Source of the DNA: Myxococcota bacterium
Lineage (GTDB): Bacteria; Myxococcota_A; SURF-8; G963663525
DNA: 64,000 nt
Direction of reading: 5' to 3'
Assembly: GCA_963676915.2 (NCBI GenBank)
Contig: CAXXVK010000010.1
Coordinates: 150,992 to 214,991 of the forward strand
Below are positions 59,636-64,000 of the stretch, one piece after another. Each line of letters starts with the position of its first letter. The first letter of the stretch is position 1. A program made the translations under genes and the position numbers. The notes under the pieces were generated by a model. It saw nothing but the letters and a program-made list of their open reading frames with translations, had not been told where the DNA came from and made no database searches.

Positions 59636-60127
59636 TCAGCGTTTTTTCGGTATCCAGGCCCAGGTCATTTCACATAGTACCGGCTCGATGCTCGCCTCGT
59701 CGGTCAACGTAACCGGAACCGTCACCTCACCCTTGGGATCGTTGCGAATGCTGGCCAATTGCTCGTCCGTGAGTTTGGCCACCGCTGTGAAATCCCCGGT
59801 GGAGCGCTTGACGAAATTCAGCTTCATGCTTTTCATCAAAGGCAGGGAATGGTCCGGCAGGTTGATCCCGACCATCAGCCCGGTGGCGGTTTCGGCAAGC
59901 AGGCACATCGCCGAAGCATGAACCTGTTTGAGATGATTTTGCGCTTTTCGCCGGTTTTTCAGAATCAGTTCCACGCGCCGTTCATCGACCGAAACGATTT
60001 TCACGCCTGCCGTCGCCATAAACGGGACTTTCAGCCCGAAAGCCAGGGAAAACACCGAAGTACGCATGGATTCCGGCAAAAACGAAAAGGTATTGTAAGC
60101 TTTGGTCAGTTGATTGGAAAACGGCAC
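59636..60127 (-). CDS. Hot-dog fold thioesterase-like protein (DUF4442/PaaI-like)
   Basis: GTG start after GGGAGAAGG; NHLKQVHASAM...ETATG. Confidence 0.8.
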   Translation of the reverse strand: MPFSNQLTKAYNTFSFLPESMRTSVFSLAFGLKVPFMATAGVKIVSVDERRVELILKNRRKAQNHLKQVHASAMCLLAETATGLMVGINLPDHSLPLMKSMKLNFVKRSTGDFTAVAKLTDEQLASIRNDPKGEVTVPVTLTDEASIEPVLCEMTWAWIPKKR

Positions 60128-60253
60128 GGTCCTTCTCCCTTCGGTTTTCGTTGCAGGCGTCGACCCGAAACCGGTCGATTTGACACACCATGTCATAGTA
60201 TGTTCGGACTCGGAAAGCAAGAGCGGGAGTTTTTAGAATTTTTGGGATGGATG

Positions 60254-60455
60254 GGGTGCATCACAAAATAGTGCGACTTTCGTAAAATCCTCTTTTTTCG
60301 TAGCGGCGAGGCGTAAGCCCGCCGTTTTTGCCTTTTGAAAGTTGCTTTTATGCCCCCAATCTCCCTTTTCGGCGGGCTTACGCCTCGCCGCTACAACCCA
60401 ATGAATGAAAGCTTCAATGTTATTGGGCCAATTCGCACCATTTTGTGATGCACCC
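60254..60455. mobile_element. MITE-like element with 23-bp terminal inverted repeats enclosing an inverted REP doublet (REPIN-like)
   Basis: GGGTGCATCACAAAATAGTGCGA (60254-60276) versus 60433-60455 (22/23); inner perfect 25-bp inverted repeat GTAGCGGCGAGGCGTAAGCCCGCCG (60300-60324 / 60370-60394). Confidence 0.8.
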
Positions 60456-60618
60456 GGATTGATGTCCCCCAAAAACTAGGTCTTGTGACTCCGTTGAAGG
60501 TTTGTACAAAAATTTCTGCCGAAATCGCATGTCATCAAAGATTCGGGGTTTGCGTTGTCCGGGTTTTGGATTATACTTTCTCACTCCGCGTGTTTCGAAC
60601 GCTTGAAAAGGTACGGTC

Positions 60619-61657
60619 ATGCTGTTTCCCTATACCGAAAGAACCTACTCGGTGCCTCGGATCGGCTCCGAGTTTCTACCGACTCTGCTGGACGATATCC
60701 GTACCTTCCATGAAGGTTTTACGGGGTACTTGTTGCTGTCGAATTCCGTCGAAGCGGCCTATCTCCTTTATAAAGACGGAACTCCCATTCAAAGGGCCAT
60801 GTTCGATGCCGAGACGGGCGGACTTCGTTTGTTCGATAAACGCCTGCCCGCGCCACTGGTTCCGAAGGAATCCTTCTGGAATGCGGAGTTGCTGGGATGC
60901 GACGAAGGCTTGGTCCGATGCTGGCGAGCCTGTTTCGTCACAAGGCTTTGGCTACATTTCCCGGTCACAAAGAAACGGAAGCGGTCGAAGCATTGGCTTC
61001 TTTTCCCATGACCTTGCTGATTCGTCGGTATGGGTTGTATTGCGAATTGTCGCTTTGGGAAGGTGGGGCGTTTGTCGTCGGTTATCGGTACAATCGGGCG
61101 GTCGGCGGTTTTCTGCGTGTCGGGGAGAGCCAATGGAGTGAAGATGTCGCGGAAGCCGACGAGGTCTCCATCGTCTCCGCTGCCGAATATGAGGATTCTC
61201 CCGTGCAGTTTCCCGACGATCCCGACCCGCTGAAAAGCACGCTGGATAAATATATTTCCGTATTTACCGAACTGCATTTGATGCTGGCCTGGCAGTTGGG
61301 AGATAAAACCAACGTGGGAATGACCCGCCTTTTGCAGCGGCTCAAAGAACGGTACACGGCGCTTTACCAGGGGGTGGAGTTGTCCGAGGATGGCCGCAGC
61401 ATCAATTGAAACACATTCTTGAAAACCGAAACAAAGTCGATACGAAATACCGCTACGACCAGTTCTTCCTCTATCTCGACGAGATCCTGAGCAATCTCAT
61501 TCGCGGCGCGGCACAGAAGACCGAAAACCGAATTCTCCCCGAATTGTGGAAATACACCGATCGACTGTACAAAATTTCCCAGGACAAAAACCTGGCAAGC
61601 ACGAAGTATTTTTTTAATAAAATAGATACGTTGCGAAAAAAACTGGAAAAGGAATAA
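60619..61657 (+). pseudogene. Hypothetical protein split into three frames (pseudogene or sequencing errors)
   Basis: Protein-like sequence continues across ORFs 60619-61011, 60897-61409 and 61406-61657, with shifts near 60915 and 61407. Confidence 0.65.
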
Positions 61658-61822
61658 CATCCCCGAAACTGGAGTTTCCAATACAGGTGGGGATGACGAC
61701 AGAAGGTAAGCTTCGACAAAAACAGGTGTCAAAACAGGCTTGTTGATTCGAAGTGGATCTTTTTTGCTGTATTTTGCTTGATATTGCCGGATTGCCGAAA
61801 ACACAAAACGAGGAAAAATTCC

Positions 61823-63499
61823 ATGTCCGAGCCGCGCTGGTATCGACAGTACGACCCACATGTTCCACACCATCTGGAGTATCCCAACCGGGATCTGTAC
61901 TCCTACGTAACGGCGACCGGTCGTCAGCGACCCGAACGCGCCGCCATACGGTTCATGGGATTGACACTGACTTATGAAGAGTTGCTGGCGTATATCGAGC
62001 GTTTCGCAGGGGCGTTGTACGCACGGGGAATTCGCAAGAACGACCGTGTGATCCTGCTGATGCCCAACTGTCCTCAGTTCATTATTGCGTATTATGCGCT
62101 GATGAAGCTCGGAGCGGTGGCGGTGCTCGCCAATCCGCTCAATGCCGAAAGAGAACTGGAATTCAAGTTCAAGGATTCCGGGGCACGTACGTTGATCGCG
62201 TTGGATCTGTTGTCGAAAAAAATCAACACCATCCGCAAAACCGTCGAATTGGATGTGCTGGTCTATACCTCTCTCGCCGATTTCCTGCCGTTTCCCCTGA
62301 ACCTACTGTACCCGATCAAGCGACGATTCGACAAAGCCATGCCTGCGGTGAATATCCCAAAGGATTCAATCACTTATCGCATGCGCCCGATGCTGCACGA
62401 GTTTCACGAGGCACCCGAGGTCGAAATAGATCCCGATGCACTGGCCGTGCTGATCTATTCCGGTGGAACGACGGGGATTTCCAAGGGCATCATGCTGTCC
62501 CATCGGGCGATGATCTGCAACGCCATGCAGGCGACAAGCTGGGTTGAAATCCAGGAATCCGACAGTCTTTTGGCGGTGTTGCCGCTGTTTCACGGGTTTG
62601 GAATGTCGGTTTGCATGAATGCTCCGCTTTCCTGCGGGGGGACGGTGATCCTGTTGCCGCGTTTCGACGCACGCGAGTTGGTTCGTACCGTCGATCAGGC
62701 ACGACCGACGATTTTCGCCGGTGTCCCGACGATGTTTATCGCCATCAAGGAACTGGCCGATCTGGACCGCTACGACCTGACCTCCTTGCGGGGAATTTTC
62801 GTGGGCGCGGCCCCCCTTCCGTTGGCGGTGATGCGAGACTTCGAGGAGCGCAGCGGGGCGGCGTTGATCGAAGGCTACGGTCTGACCGAGTGCGTAACCG
62901 CCATCGCCTGCAATCCAGCGCATGGCAAGCGCAAACCGGGCACCATCGGTATCCCGTTTCCCGACGTGGAATGGAAAATCGTGGATCTCGAACGAGGTGA
63001 AAAGGAAATGCCGTTGGGTGAGTCGGGAGAGATCGTTGTGAAATGTCCCGATTTGATGCTGGGATACTTGAACCAGCCTGAAATGACAAAGGAAACCCTG
63101 CGAGACGGCTGGTTGTATACCGGCGATATCGGAATCATGGACGAAGACGGTTACATCACGATTGTAGACAGGAAAAAAGATCTGGTGATCGTCTCCGGGT
63201 TCAACGTGTTTCCCAGTGAAATCGACGAAGTACTGCACGAACATCCCCAGGTTGCCGAGGCGGTGGCGGTTGGGTTGCCCCATCCGACCAAAGGCGAGTT
63301 TATCAAAGCGTATGTCGTGCCGAAATCAGGGGAAACCATCGAACCGGAAAGCATTCGGCAGTTTTGCAAAGACAAACTAAGTCCTTATATGGTTCCGAAA
63401 GAGGTAGAATTCCGTAAAGAATTGCCGAAATCGATGATCGGCAAGGTTTTGCGACGTTCTTTGCGAGAAGAAGAAGAAAAGAAGTGGTCCGAAAGCTAA
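61823..63499 (+). CDS. Long-chain fatty acid--CoA ligase (FadD-like)
   Basis: YSGGTTGISKG, GYGLTE, YTGDIG, DRKKD, GKVLRR; GAGG RBS. Confidence 0.93.
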   Translation: MSEPRWYRQYDPHVPHHLEYPNRDLYSYVTATGRQRPERAAIRFMGLTLTYEELLAYIERFAGALYARGIRKNDRVILLMPNCPQFIIAYYALMKLGAVAVLANPLNAERELEFKFKDSGARTLIALDLLSKKINTIRKTVELDVLVYTSLADFLPFPLNLLYPIKRRFDKAMPAVNIPKDSITYRMRPMLHEFHEAPEVEIDPDALAVLIYSGGTTGISKGIMLSHRAMICNAMQATSWVEIQESDSLLAVLPLFHGFGMSVCMNAPLSCGGTVILLPRFDARELVRTVDQARPTIFAGVPTMFIAIKELADLDRYDLTSLRGIFVGAAPLPLAVMRDFEERSGAALIEGYGLTECVTAIACNPAHGKRKPGTIGIPFPDVEWKIVDLERGEKEMPLGESGEIVVKCPDLMLGYLNQPEMTKETLRDGWLYTGDIGIMDEDGYITIVDRKKDLVIVSGFNVFPSEIDEVLHEHPQVAEAVAVGLPHPTKGEFIKAYVVPKSGETIEPESIRQFCKDKLSPYMVPKEVEFRKELPKSMIGKVLRRSLREEEEKKWSES

Positions 63500-63578
63500 A
63501 AATGTTGTAAAATTTTACACGCAACGTTAATTAGGTCAATAAACTTGCTATGCAAGAATCAATAATGGAGGAAGGCGT

Positions 63579-64000
63579 ATGTCCCGTATTGTGAATCATT
63601 CACTATGGCTGCCGGGATTGGTGTGTTTATTCCTGGTGACCGGTCTTTGGGCCTGTCAGACCGGGAAATCGGCGGGGAGATCCGATACAAAATCGGCATG
63701 GTCCGAACCGTTGCCGTCCGAGACGGAAGAACAGGCGATGCCCGAGATCGACCCTTGCGACAAAATCGATCGTACCGTTTTGCTCGGGGATGAAGCGAAA
63801 CTGGCGGAAATCAAGAAAAAGCTGGTTGATCCGCAGACTTATGAAGATGGTTTGCAATACGCCACGGAAATCATTATGGATCCGGCACAATACTGCCTGT
63901 ATCTCGTATCTCCGAACATGGACAATATCGATTCGGGCAAAACGTTGGCTCATCTGGTGGTGGAAAAATACGAAACCGTGGCCGATATTGCCATGGGTGA
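63579..64000 (+). CDS. Partial hypothetical lipoprotein (runs off right edge; absent from the ORF track)
   Basis: GGAGG RBS; MSRIVNHSLWLPGLVCLFLVTGLWAC lipobox; open to the end of the window. Confidence 0.7.
   Translation, partial: MSRIVNHSLWLPGLVCLFLVTGLWACQTGKSAGRSDTKSAWSEPLPSETEEQAMPEIDPCDKIDRTVLLGDEAKLAEIKKKLVDPQTYEDGLQYATEIIMDPAQYCLYLVSPNMDNIDSGKTLAHLVVEKYETVADIAMG

Noticed and set aside
1938-63283. Many long alternative-frame or antisense ORFs (e.g. 1938-3197, 13150-14187, 14052-15266, 19654-20925, 50077-51117, 62366-63283)
   Set aside because: Shadow ORFs of well-supported genes in GC-rich DNA, with no motifs of their own

Overview
A moderately GC-rich bacterial chromosome segment, most likely from a deltaproteobacterium or Myxococcota-like organism (inferred from the gene set: recA-pilT, Ser/Thr kinase, many lipoproteins, myxobacterial-type beta-barrel). 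Housekeeping genes include tnaA, galE, rpmB, recA, pilT, purC, a DnaJ/CbpA gene, grpE, dinB and a fadD-like ligase. Four AT-rich inserts interrupt them: rloA/rloB-type genes, an AIPR gene bounded by a perfect 17-bp direct repeat, an orphan gene with RelE/YafQ-like motifs, and a membrane protein/methyltransferase/Na+-solute symporter trio. Three of the four inserts sit next to copies of a family of REP-like hairpins or MITE-like terminal repeats scattered through the window. Other highlights: a six-gene SGNH-TPR / DUF5989 / B12-radical SAM / microprotein / PP-loop ATPase / SGNH-TPR operon; a Ser/Thr kinase fused to a degenerate GT-C glycosyltransferase; a Cys-less peroxiredoxin and a hydrolase that both carry histone H1-like tails; an orphan GlmL-like pair; a ~170-230 nt structured non-coding element; and a CTGT-N8-ACAG SOS box over the recA promoter. 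Three genes show apparent frameshifts that may be sequencing errors. I saw no tRNA, rRNA, CRISPR array, integrase or transposase. All calls come from reading motifs by eye; no searches were run.
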